Positions 52,081 to 64,000 of a DNA stretch of 64,000 bases are shown here, piece by piece. Positions within the stretch are counted from its first letter, which is position 1; every line of letters starts with the position of its first letter. The notes below the pieces were generated by a model. It was not told the origin of the DNA and made no database searches. It worked only from the letters and a program-made list of their open reading frames with translations. The position numbers and the translations under genes were made by a program. Source of the stretch: Octopus sinensis (lineage: Eukaryota); the NCBI RefSeq assembly GCF_006345805.1, contig NC_043003.1:14198001-14262000 (forward strand), in the 5' to 3' direction.

Positions 52081-53525
52081 GTACATGTGCTTATATATGT
52101 AACAATGATGAAAGACGAAAAGCAAGGAAGAAATGACAGGTAGATTATTTTTTTATCTTAAATCAATGAAGATAATCTGTTTTCTTTAAATTTTCTTTCT
52201 ATATTTTTTTCCTTTCTCACTTCCCTGCCACCTCTCCACTCTCCATTTTGTTTGCTTTTATTTATTTATTTTTTATTAATATTTTTTTTTTGTTGGTTTT
52301 ATAATATATTCTGTAGGTGAATTTCATTTATGAGCAAATATAAAAGACAAGATATTTTCTGTAATAAAAAAAAAAAAAATTTTTTTTTAAATAAAAAAAA
52401 ATTTATAAAAACAAAATAAAATAAAATAAAATGCTTCAATGCTGCTAGCTAGTTCATGATATTTGCTGCGACTGCAATCTTTTTTTGACCAAACGGCGCT
52501 GCCATTTCTTGTGTCGGGTGCTGTGTTAATGTCAGAAATATTCTAGAAAATTATCTTCTTCTGTCATATCACACACGAGTAATATGATATTTGGATGTTT
52601 ATAAATTGTTTAACCCTCCAGCATTTAAACTGCCCATATGCGGTCAAAATTATCCAACCTGTTTTATGTTCAAACTCGCTAGATCTGGCGTTTCATATCT
52701 TTACAATGTCATTCAAAACGGAAACTATCACATCATCATAATTTTGAAGCTAAGAGATAATGCATGATTAATTCGAAACAATGTGAATAAAAATGCATAC
52801 GTCCCACTTCAGACAGTTAATATTTTATCGGCACTGAGTTCAAATTTCACCGAGGTTGACTTTGCCTTTCATATTTTCAGGGTAGATAAATCAAGTACTA
52901 GCTGTGTACTGGGGTCAATCTAATCAAATGGCCCCCTGCCCAAAAATTTCGGGCCTTATGCCTAGAGTAGAAAAGAATATTTTATAGGCACAGGTAAAAA
53001 GCTTGCTTCTCAACCACATGGTTCCAGGTTCAGTCCCACTGCATGGCACCTCGGGCCAACCAAAGCTTTGTGAGTAGATTTGGTAGGCAGAAACTGACTT
53101 GAGACTGACCATTGGCAGAAGAGGCTCTAACACCCAGGCTGTGTCATGTATAGTTTCACTGAATGAAGATCAATATGCCCAACTCCACATCCACCACGCT
53201 GCTCCCTATGACTTCACCATGACCCTGGCTCAGGGATTTTTGTCATTGAGATTCAATTTCTCTATATACACCCTATTGGATGGCCACTGACTTTTACAAG
53301 TTCCTCCATCCTTTAACAGGTTTTGTTTTTCAACCTGTAGGGTATCCAAACTACCCTCAATACCAAGCAAGCTTGGTGGGGTTGCCAATTTAGCTGCTGG
53401 CAAACCTGACCATGCAACAGGGCATACTAGGTTACATGTTACCAATAGCACTCAGGAGTGGCCTGACAACAGGTTATATATATATATATCTGAGAGAGTG
53501 ATCCACAGTATGCTACCATTTACCT

Positions 53526-54429
53526 CAGTGGTTATTAACCAGAGTTCATATGACCACTGAGGGTTCATAAAAGATTTTGGGGGATCCACACAATAAAATA
53601 GCAAACTGGGGATCCACAATAGTATTTTAAGGACCCCTGAAAACATTTTGCTTTAGATGTATATATTGGTATTCATTGCAAGAAACAGCTGGGTTTCTTT
53701 CTCTCACATTTAACATAGTTCAGTCTACAAATCATCATCATCATCATTGTTCGACCGTGGTCGAGACAATGGAATTTACCATGCTACGTCAGACTTCACG
53801 GTCCATCATGGCATTACGGAGGTCCTGTTGCTGGATGTCTGTATCCCTGGAGATTACATCAGGGTAGGAGAGTGTGCGCCCTCTGGTATTGCGAGTAGCA
53901 GTCTACAAAAGTTAATGGTGTGAAAAACAAAATAGGAATTTTGAAAGAAGTTTCTGTAAACCAAGTTTCTAACATTGAATGGCTACGGGGGGGTCCACCA
54001 GAATAAAATAGTAATCAAAAGGGCCCATAGATAAAAAAAAAATGGTCGAGAACCTGAAGAAATTTTGCTTCAGATTTGTCTTGGTATGTATTGCAAGAAA
54101 CAGCCAGGTTTCTTTCTCTAATATTTTACATGGTTCAACCTCCACAGGATAATGGTGTGAAAAACAAAATAGGAATTTGAAAGAGGTTTCTATAAAATTA
54201 GATTTTAAACATTGAATGGCTATGGGGGTTCACCAGAATAAAACAGTAATCAAAGGGACCCATAGATAGAAAACGGTTGAGAACCTGAAGAAATCTTGCT
54301 CTAGATCTATGTCATGGTATTTTTTGCAAGAAACATTAAATTTTAAACATCAAAATAGCTATGGGGGTCCACCAGAATAAAATAGTAATCAAAGGGGTCC
54401 ATGGACAAAAAAATGGTTGAGAACCCCTG
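53526..54429. mobile_element. hAT (Charlie-like) MITE with triplicated right end and RTE insertion
   Basis: cagtggttattaacc / ggttgagaacccctg; flanks atttacct and atttacac; related to 2182-2440. Confidence 0.8.
53732..53898 (-). mobile_element. Short RTE 3' end with 11-bp TSD
   Basis: cagtctacaaa at 53721-53731 and 53899-53909; same family as 30576-30955. Confidence 0.92.
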
Positions 54430-54979
54430 ATTTACACAGAAGGAAAATTTATTCCTCATTTACTTTATTCTGACTTAAAAGCTTCCACCAACACCAGCAG
54501 CAACAGCACCACCAGTCTAAGAAACATAGTAAGTCATGTGCCTATGGATGAAAGCAAATATCAACTAGCTAACATGAGAACAGGGAGGTGCACAGGCCAA
54601 AATCATCAGAGGATCGGACAAAATCTCTTGGGCTTATTTAGCTAGGGCTCTTTATGTTCTGAGTTCAAATCCTACTGAGAATTATATAAAATATGTACTA
54701 GTTGAGTAATGGGATCAATATTGGCAATTGTTACCTCCCATTAGATAAAAAAAAAAACCAATAGGGTCGATCACCCGTTGATAGATGCTTCTGATCACTC
54801 AAAGGTCAAGCAATTAACTATTCAACTGCACCAGTGAATGAATAAATAAATAAATAAATATGTGAATAGAAACATGAGAAGATGGCTGCAACTTGAAATA
54901 CAAGGCTATCAGCTCCACCATTAGAATTATCTTATGCAATTAAATGTTATATGATACAGTATAGATGGATAGTCCCAAT

Positions 54980-55035
<56 letters not shown>

Positions 55036-55084
55036 GTACATACATATATACACAAAACACTATAAAAGATTATGCAGACATATA

Positions 55085-55136
<52 letters not shown>

Positions 55137-55321
55137 TATATTATATATACATACACACACAGGCATATATGGGCACAGGATGTCACCAACGGTGCAAATA
55201 ACACGAAATACAAATGAGTTAAGTATGTAAACAATGAGAAAAAATGGAAAACAGGACAAGTAAAGACAGAGAGGACCCTTCATCAGTTGTTGGCTGCCTA
55301 TCTACTTCTCATTTTGCACAT

Positions 55322-55357
<36 letters not shown>

Positions 55358-55504
55358 TCATAGGACAGTACACAAATGCATATCTCTTGGTTGTAATGTG
55401 CTAATATTTATACACAAATATCAACTCCTAATTCAACACCTACCACACACACAGAGGCACGTCTACAAAAAGTATGAGGCACATATGACAATCACACACA
55501 TACA

Positions 55505-55551
<47 letters not shown>

Positions 55552-55589
55552 TATATATATATATTATATATATATAATACACACATATA

Positions 55590-55795
55590 TATACATGTGA
55601 CCTCGTGAGCACCGCCAGCAATTTTTTTTCCTCTGTCTTCCCTTCTCGGGTTCTTTCCTTCTCCTTTGTTTCCGACGAAGAGCTCCGCTCGAAACATTAA
55701 ACCCTCCTTCTTCCTTCCTGAGCGTCCAATAATACTTTATTTGTTCCATGTCCTCGCGTTGCTGTGTTTTTTTTGTTTTCTTGTTGGATTAACTA
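55590..55795 (+). mobile_element. Penelope-like remnant in (TA)n
   Basis: Contains the hammerhead-like motif at 55668-55702; flanked by TA tracts. Confidence 0.6.
55668..55702 (+). ncRNA. Minimal hammerhead ribozyme-like motif (U4C variant or decayed)
   Basis: GUUU-CCGACGA-A-GAGC(ucc)GCUC-GAAA-CA-UU-AAAC; helix I 4 bp, helix II 4 bp. Confidence 0.5.
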
Positions 55796-56146
55796 TATAA
55801 TATATATATATATATATATATGCATGTATATACGTGTATGTGTGTGTGTGTGTGTGTATATAATATATATATATATAATATATATATTTTAATGTTTTTC
55901 TGTTCAGTTAAAATAAAAACAATTTTACATCAATCTGATGGGTTACTCTGTACTTTTGTAGAGTACAAATTTATTTTTCTTATACAAGAATTTTATTGAC
56001 AATGACTTCGAAGTTTCAACCAGCTAAGCCATTGTCAGACATATGTGTATATATATATATATGTGTGTGTGTGTATAGCATGGACAACGGATGTCTGATG
56101 ATGATGACGATGGTATATGTATATACATATGTATATATATGCTTAC

Positions 56147-56225
56147 ATGAAAAGTATTAAGAACTCGTAAGTAAATAAACTATTCCTTTTCTCCTCTTTT
56201 GTACTGACTGCCTCTGCTGCTGCTG

Positions 56226-56256
<31 letters not shown>

Positions 56257-56440
56257 CACTATTACCATCACCGTTGCTGCTGCCGCCATCGCGATCGTTG
56301 TCGCGGCAGTCACTCCCACCTTAGCCAGACCAGTCATTAAATAGATTCAGGTCAGAGTTATTCACGTCTGCACCGCTGATGGTGCCGCTTCTTGTCGGAC
56401 AGCAGCTAGTTCTGCAACATGCTTGTCAGAGATTGAGATA
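56147..56440 (-). other. Candidate first exon (5' UTR or signal-peptide-coding) of a host gene
   Basis: CpG-rich non-repeat sequence, (TC)n tract upstream on the minus strand, donor CAT|GTAAGC at 56147/56146; ORF from 56337 stays open to the donor. Confidence 0.4.
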
Positions 56441-57544
56441 TACGGAGAGAGAGAGAGACAGAAGGAGAGAATGAAGGAGAGAGAGATAGAGAGAGAGACA
56501 GAGAGTAAGAGAGAGAAAAGGAATTGAAGAGAGGCGAGTTAGTATGGGGGAAGGAGAGGCTCACTTAATCTAAGCTATTTTCAGCTAACCAACAGCAGCT
56601 CTAGCAGAATGCTTTGAAAACATTGGTAAGAAGCCATCATTGTCGGCTGTGATGCCAAAACCAACTTTTAGATCAGCTATCAATATCAGAGAGGGATAGA
56701 TTGATAGATATAGGTAGCTAAGAAGGATGAAGGTTTGATAGCAGTGATCTGACAAAGCATGTTCAGAACTCTGGTACCATTTAAAAATAGGGAATTCTAT
56801 TATATTGATGAATCATAAGAAGATAGAGAAACGGTTTCCAGTTATCTGGTTTTACGTCCATGGAATTTAAAATGGAAAAATTATTTTGCTCACTCTCTAA
56901 GTGATGGAATAATGAATATATATATATAGACATATATATGTATACACACACACACACACACATATAAATACATATATATATATACACAGACATATATATA
57001 TACATACATATATATATATATACACACATATATACATACATGCACATATATATTCACACACATATATATATACAAATATGTATATATAGAGATGGAAAGA
57101 GAGAGGGAGGAGAGATGGGGAGGGGAAGAGAGGATAGTTATGGGTTCAGAGAATCATACAGCTATCACAGTAAGCTCCATCTATTGATATATATGCATGT
57201 GTGTGTGTATGTGTGTCTGTCTGTGTGTATGTACTTATATACATATATATATATATTATATATATATATAAAATACAAAATGGGACAAGAACGCAAAACA
57301 TCTGGACAGTTAGGTGATACAAAAATGGGACAACAAAACATCCAGATAGACGATACAAAGAAAACAAGGAAAGGTCATTCAAAGTTTTCTTTCCCCATTT
57401 CCTCAGTCAAGTACCAGATTATCTTCGCAATTTTGGCTGATTATACTTGAGTGTGTGTGTATGCAGATAGGTAGATAGACAGATAGATATACATACAAAC
57501 ATATTTATACATACATTGGGTCCAATCCAAAACAACCACCATTA

Positions 57545-57740
57545 AACTGACCAGCTGGATTCCAAAGTGCCACCAACTAAGACTCTGGATGTTGTCCAAC
57601 CATGTCGCTCATGTCCTAACCATAGATCTCCTATTGGTTGGCTTAACTTGAAGAATCCATCTTGGGATTATTTCCTTCAATATTTTAGTCACATGACTGT
57701 AGTACCTAAACTGTGACCTCTCAATGCATAGAAGTAGTGG
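57545..57740 (-). mobile_element. Old RTE-clade ORF2 C-terminal fragment
   Basis: Minus frame RSQFRYYSHVTKILKEIIPRWILQVKPTNRRSMVRT*ATWLDNI. Confidence 0.6.
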
Positions 57741-58722
57741 TTTGACTTGACCCCGAGCAGCTGAACCTGACCTTAATCCCTCAGCTTATTCACTCTTTAG
57801 AGCAGGGGATCTCAACCATATTTTATCTACGGACCCCTTTGATTACTATTGGTGGAATTTGAACTCAGAACGTAGCGGCAGACGAAATAAAACTAAGCAT
57901 TTCGCCCGTCGTGCTATCATTTCTACTAGCTCACCACCGTTTTATATGTTTGTGTGTGTAAATATGTGTGGACATGTGTGTGCATGTGTGTGTGTATATA
58001 TCTTTTATCCTTTACTTGTTTCAGTCATTAAACCACAGCCATGCTGGGGTATTGCTTGGAAGCTCCTGTGCCGATGGCACATAAAAAGCACCCACTACAT
58101 TCTCGGAGTGGATGGCATTAAGAAGGGCATCCAGCTGTGGAAACATTGCCAGATCAAATTGGAGCCTGGTGCAGCCATCTGGCTCTCCAGACCTCAGTCA
58201 AACTGTCCAACTCATGCCAGCATGGAAAATGAACGTTTAACAATGATGATGATGATGATGATGATGATATGAGAGGTTTCTTTCAGCTTCCATTCACCAG
58301 ATCCATTCACAAAGCTTTGGTTGACTAAAGTCTAAAGTAGAAGACACCTACCCAAGTTGCTATGTGGTGGAACTGAACCCAGAACCATATGGTCGGGAAG
58401 CAAGCTTCATATCACACAGCCACGCCAATATATATATATATATGTATCATGGAATCTGAGACATTATGTAACCAAAAGAAAAGCAATATTGGTAAATAAC
58501 AAAGAACTCTTAATTGTTTATCTATGTTGATGCTATTAACAAACCAAAACTAAAGATAGAGTAAGGAGAATGGTAGAGTGGAAGAAAGAGAAGAAATCAG
58601 AGAGCCAAAGAAACTGAGATTCTCAAAGAAATGCATTTCACATTACCATTATTCCAGACATACAGACACACAGACATTAAGACAGAATGTAGATGAGGTT
58701 TGTTTTTCTTTTTTCTCTTAAG

Positions 58723-58802
58723 GTGTTCACATTTCTGAATGTGATGATGAAATAGACAAAGTTGTTGTACAAGAAGACATGGGGAGAAGAATGACTATCT
58801 GA
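58723..58802 (+). CDS. Candidate terminal coding exon, product unknown
   Basis: Long pyrimidine tract ending ctcttaag, then xVHISECDDEIDKVVVQEDMGRRMTI*; no homology recognised. Confidence 0.2.
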
Positions 58803-58855
58803 TGCATCTTGTCTATATAGACAGATACATATATGTATTTAATAACAAGGTGTGG

Positions 58856-58893
<38 letters not shown>

Positions 58894-60029
58894 CGCAGTG
58901 GTGGCAGATACCAGTGTCATGCCGGTAGCATGTAAAAGCATGCACCCATTACACTCTTGGAGTGGTTGGCATTAGGAAAGGCATCCAGCTGTAGAAACCT
59001 TGCGAAATCAGATTGGAACATGGTACAGCCTTCCGGCTTACCAGCCCTGGTCAAACCATCCAACCATGCCAGCATGGACAACGGACGTTAAATGATGATG
59101 ATGACGATGATATGCACATACATGTACACACACATGCATACCTATCATCATCATCATCATCATCATCATCGTTTAACGTCCGCTTTCCATGCTAGCATGG
59201 GTTGGACGGTTCAACTGGGGTCTGGCAAGCCCGAAGGCTGCACCAGGCCAGTCAGATCTGGCAGTGTTTCTACAGCTGGGTGCCCTTCCTAACGCCAAAC
59301 ATATATATATATTATATATATATATATAGACACACATCACACACATTGAATTAATTTTTACAATCCAGCCGTCCTTTCACATGGAATTTCGTCTATCTTT
59401 AAACCATGAACCTGAAGTGACTTATATGCATAAGGGAACTGTTATTGTGTATATATATATATATCAGAAATTGTATATATGTCGAAACAATTTGTTGGCC
59501 TTTTATGGGTTTTTAAAAATAATTGTTTATGTTATATAATATTATGTTATGATATATTATATTCATAGTATATTATGTAATGTTATGATATAAATAAATT
59601 AGTGGATTGTCAATAGTATCTATTTAATTTATATTTGTATTTGCATTATAATATTTATATGGTATTCAATCAACTGATGTAAACGATGATGATGATGATG
59701 ATGATATATATTTTGCTTTTCACAGGAAGGAAAGTTTCTTGTCGAAGATACGTCTCGCTTTTATCCTTCGAAACGTAGAGTAGATGAAACCTTTAGCGAC
59801 TGAAGAAGGGGTTTTTTCTTTGTGTTAATTGTCCTGTACTCTATTTTTTTTGCTGTTTTTAAAAAAATGTCCAGTTCCTTTGGTTTGTGTCTATGTTTTC
59901 GTTTCTCATTGTGTTCGACGTCCTTTTGGTGTCCTGTACTCATATATGCGTGTATATGTACATGTAGAGGTAGGTACGCACATATATGTTTATATATATG
60001 CATATGTTTTATTTTATTTATTAATATAT

Positions 60030-60071
<42 letters not shown>

Positions 60072-60715
60072 TATGATGGGCTTCTTTTAGTTTTCATCTA
60101 CCAAATCCACTCACAAGGCTTTGATCAGCCCAAGGCTATAGTAGAAGACACTTGCCTATGGTGCCACTCAGTGGGACTGAACCTGGAACCATGTGGTTGG
60201 GAATCATATTCTACATAGCAAAATATGAGAATTTTGTGAAATCAGCCACTGACTTGTAAAAAATAAAAGACAGAAGCAATGGTATTTCTAAACAAGTAAA
60301 AAAGTATTTCAAGAGAAAAAAAGATCAATTAATAAATAATATATCTAGAATATATAAAACCTGTAATTTATTTACTAATTAGTCCCTGTAGACATTATTT
60401 ACCAACTAATATACTGTGGATGTTTACAGAATTCTTATAACTTGAAGAAAAATAAAAGCTTTATTCAAAACTAAATATTTTGACTTCATATTTATAAACA
60501 TTGACTTCACACACATAAATTAATATTAAACAGTGCTTCACACAATCTCTTTATCACATTTTTTTTTATAATAACCATAACAAAAATTGTTTTATTTAAA
60601 CTAAAGATATTACCAAATGAAAATCGCCAATATAAATTTCTAAATCATCTCAAGTAGTAGTCAAGGTTGAACTTCTTGCATTTCAAACTTACTTCGCATA
60701 AGATTCTAGATAGAA

Positions 60716-61390
60716 TGGTGTGGCTGTGTGGTCATAAGTCTGCTTCCCAGCCACATCGGTTTTTGGTTTAATTCCAGTGTGTGGCATCAAGTGCGAGTGT
60801 TTTCTACTCTAGCTTCAAGCTGACCAAAAACTTGTTTGGATTTGGTAGACAGAAACTGAAAGTGAAGGTGGCGAGCTGGCAGAAACGTTAGCATGCCGGG
60901 CGAAATGCTTAGCAGTATTTCGTCTGCCGCTATGTTCTGAGTTCAAATTACGCCAAGGTCGACTTTGTTTTTCATCCTTTCGGGGTTGATTAAATAAGTA
61001 CCAGTTACGCACTGGGGTCGATATAATCAACTTAATCTGCTTGTCTGTCCTTGTTTGCCCCCTCTGTGTGTAGCCCCTTGTGGGCAATAAAGAAATAAGA
61101 AACTGAAAACCCATTGTGTGTGTGTGCGCACATGTGTGGATGTGTGTGTGTTGCTGATTCCTCGCCTTGATATCATGGGACAGTTATAAGCATGGCAAGA
61201 GCTGTCCTTCATTTCCAGTCTTCTGAGGCATGCCTGGTCATGGATTAATATTACCTTACTCAGAAACAGATGAAGGTTGGCAACAGGAAGGGCATCCGGC
61301 TGTAGAAAAATCTGCCTCAACAATTTCCATCCAACCCATGCAACCATGGAAGAGCAGACATTAAACAAAGATTATGATGATGATGATGAT
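60716..61390 (+). mobile_element. SINE family B interrupted by SINE family C (about 60864-61097)
   Basis: agaaactgaaa duplicated at 60851-60861 and 61098-61108; family B ends in the RTE-like ccaacccatgc...(gat)n tail. Confidence 0.9.
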
Positions 61391-61739
61391 ATACAAGACA
61401 ACACACCATCAAACCAAGAATAGCAGATTATTTCTTAGTATTTCATTTCCTAAGCAGATTAACTCTTGGTGCATCCTCAGAACACACACTTTATTTCAAT
61501 TCTATATCACATAAATTTCATATTTCCTGCTTAACCCTTTAGCATTTAAGCCAACCATATCCAACCCAAATAATCTACCTGCTTTATGTTCAAACTGGCC
61601 AGCTCCAGCCTTTCACACCTATCCTACAATGCCATTTTAAGAATATACAATTATATCATAGAAATCTCAAAGCTACAGGATCATACGTGATTAATTCAAA
61701 ACAATATAAATAAATAAACATTATATTTGACAGAATAAT

Positions 61740-62095
61740 AATGATCATCATTATCATCATCGTTTAACGTCCACTTTCCATTGCTGGCATGGGATGGGCG
61801 GTTTGACTGAGGACTGGTTAGCCAGATGGCTGCACCAGGCTCCAATCTGATCTGGCAGAGTTTCTACAGTTGGATGCCCTTCCTAACGCCAACCACTCCA
61901 AGAGTGTAGTCGGTGCTTTTATGTGCCACTTGCACAAGGGCCAATCAGGCGGTACTGGCAACAGCCATGCCCAAATGGTGTTTTTTATGTGCCACCTGCA
62001 CAGGAGCCAATCTAGCAGCACTGGCAATGACCTCGTTCGAATGCTGGTTTTCAGGTGCCACCGGCACAAGTGCCAGTAAAGTGACGCTGGTAATG
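61740..62095 (-). mobile_element. RTE 3' UTR fragment
   Basis: Reverse complement of the UTR at 40570-41200. Confidence 0.88.
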
Positions 62096-62679
62096 ATGGA
62101 TTTGGTACAATCACTTAATCTTTTGATTAAATGTTTTATGGCATCAACAACTTAAGCTTCGAGTATTTAACCCAGCCACACCAGGCCCAAATATTCTACC
62201 TATTTTATGGTCAAACTGGCCAGATCTGGCCTCTCACACCTATCCTACAATGTCATTCTAAAAATAAACAATGACATCATTGAAATCTCAAAGTTACGAA
62301 ATAATACATAATTAATTTCAAATGATGTGGATAAATAAGGATTACTTTTGATAGAGTAATTTGAAAACTAAGGGGGTTAAAAATACTACAGCAAAAATGT
62401 GGTGAATGAATCAAGAACTTTATCTTAAAATTACTTTTGGATAAAATATCAACAAATTCTTTGTTTCTTTCCTTTTTCAAGAATTTCTTTAAATATTTGA
62501 AATTGGATAGGTTCTTTAGACAAATGAATACACACATACACACAAAAAAAAACTAATTTAAGCCTCCTTGATAAAAATAATATAAAATTAACTTAGCTAT
62601 TCTTGATAAAAATAATATGTGTACATATATAGATATATATTATATATATATATATATATATGATTATATATTATATATA

Positions 62680-62726
<47 letters not shown>

Positions 62727-63012
62727 GATTATATTATATATATTATATATATTATGTTATATATATATGATTATATAATTTACTACAAAAAAATATATGA
62801 CTATCCAACATTCTTGAAAGCTCAAGGGAGAGCTGATTTTCATATTTCTTCTGTAGTAAAATATACTGATTTGAAAGATAGTTTCTTCAATGGAAGAAAG
62901 AAGTATTAATAATAATGGCACAGGAATTCATAAACAATTGCATAGATTTTATATTTATCTTGAAGTAAGAATTGAAGTTTTAGCAGTATTATTTTTTTCC
63001 TGTGAAAACAAT

Positions 63013-63495
63013 TGGCCTAGTGGTTAGGTGCATTGCACTCATGATTGTGAGATCAAAGTTTCGATTCCTGGACCAGGTGACACATTGTGTCCTTGAGCAA
63101 AACACTTCATTTCATGTTGCTCCAGTCCACTCACCTGAAAATAGGTCACCCTGTCACAAGGGGGTGTTCTGATGGAGAAAAAATGTTGGCCTGCTTGCCA
63201 AGCCAGAGAGGTGCCATCATTTGAAAGCTAAAATGATGCAAAGTACACTGTGACCAGAGATGTATAACATCTGATAGTCTGGCAACATCGGAGAGCTGAG
63301 AGAATCGTTAGCATGCTGGCAAAATGCTTAGGGGTATTTCATCTGTCTTCACGTTCTGAGTTCAAATTCTGCCAAGGTCGACTTTGCCTTTTATCCTTTC
63401 AGGGTCAATAAATTAAGTACCTGTTGCGTACTGGGGTCGATCTAATCAACTGGCCCCTTCCCCCAAAATTCAGGCCTTGTGCCTAGAGCAGGAAA
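63013..63495 (+). mobile_element. SINE family D-like copy followed by a family C variant
   Basis: ggcctagtggttagg...gtttcgattcctgg head at 63013; gagctgagagaatcgttagc head at about 63291. Confidence 0.8.
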
Positions 63496-64000
63496 GATCT
63501 TTTTCCCGGCTGCTCCCATCCATCCTTATATAATAATGCAGGATATTTTCTCTATGGGGACACACCTGCACTTGTCTCACCAACATGCATTAACTTCCAA
63601 GCACCTAGTATAAAACCACCTCCCCACCTCTAAAGTACTTCCCCCCCCCCCACTTAATCAAGGATGCTTTTTCCTTTCCTTGTTTTTTTTTCCTGTCTTC
63701 TAGGTTACTTAGCAACCTCACTAATGCTGGTGCCACAAAAAAAAAAACAAGCAGTACACACTGTAAAGTGGTTGGTGTTAGGAAGGGCATCCAGCCTTAG
63801 AAACCTTGCCAAAGCTTCTAACCACACCGCCATGCCTGTGGTTGTATGTTCTGATATTTTCCAATGCTACTTACAACCAAACAAATATCGCAGACATTCA
63901 ATAACTACCTAATGCCTCTGTACTTGAGTTACTTTCTCAATTAGTCCCAAACTTCTAATGTCAGCCATCATAGTATTCGCTTCTTAGTTTCCTAAAGTCG

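Noticed and set aside
59755-59810. GAAACGT and CTGAAGA hammerhead fragments (also 42505, 24520, 57400)
   Set aside because: Helix I does not pair or GAAA is altered, so no ribozyme fold can be drawn; kept only as Penelope-like hints.

Overview
AT-rich animal nuclear DNA, most likely octopus (coleoid cephalopod). The taxon is inferred from recall of the repeat families, which resemble the octopus tRNA-derived SINEs and RTE LINEs; it is not checked by a search. The window is almost entirely transposon relics and simple repeats: three or four tRNA-derived SINE families, RTE-clade LINE fragments, one CRE-like and one L1/Tx1-like LINE 3' end, piggyBac and hAT MITEs with visible target-site duplications (TSDs), non-autonomous Helitrons, a Helentron-type element, Penelope-like remnants and long (TA)n/(CA)n tracts. 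No host protein-coding gene can be called with confidence, and nearly all ORFs in the track are repeat artefacts. The best host-gene signal is a CpG-rich non-repeat block near 56.1-56.7 kb that looks like a minus-strand first exon, which would make most of the window one large intron. The most notable structures are degraded hammerhead-ribozyme motifs in Penelope-like remnants (one as an inverted pair), two Helitrons tail-to-tail, a LINE 3' end sharing its tail with a SINE family, and an exact 100-bp-period dimeric tandem array built from LINE 3' UTR. I found no evidence of a new multi-gene system. Coordinates were counted by hand; repeat boundaries without TSDs are approximate.
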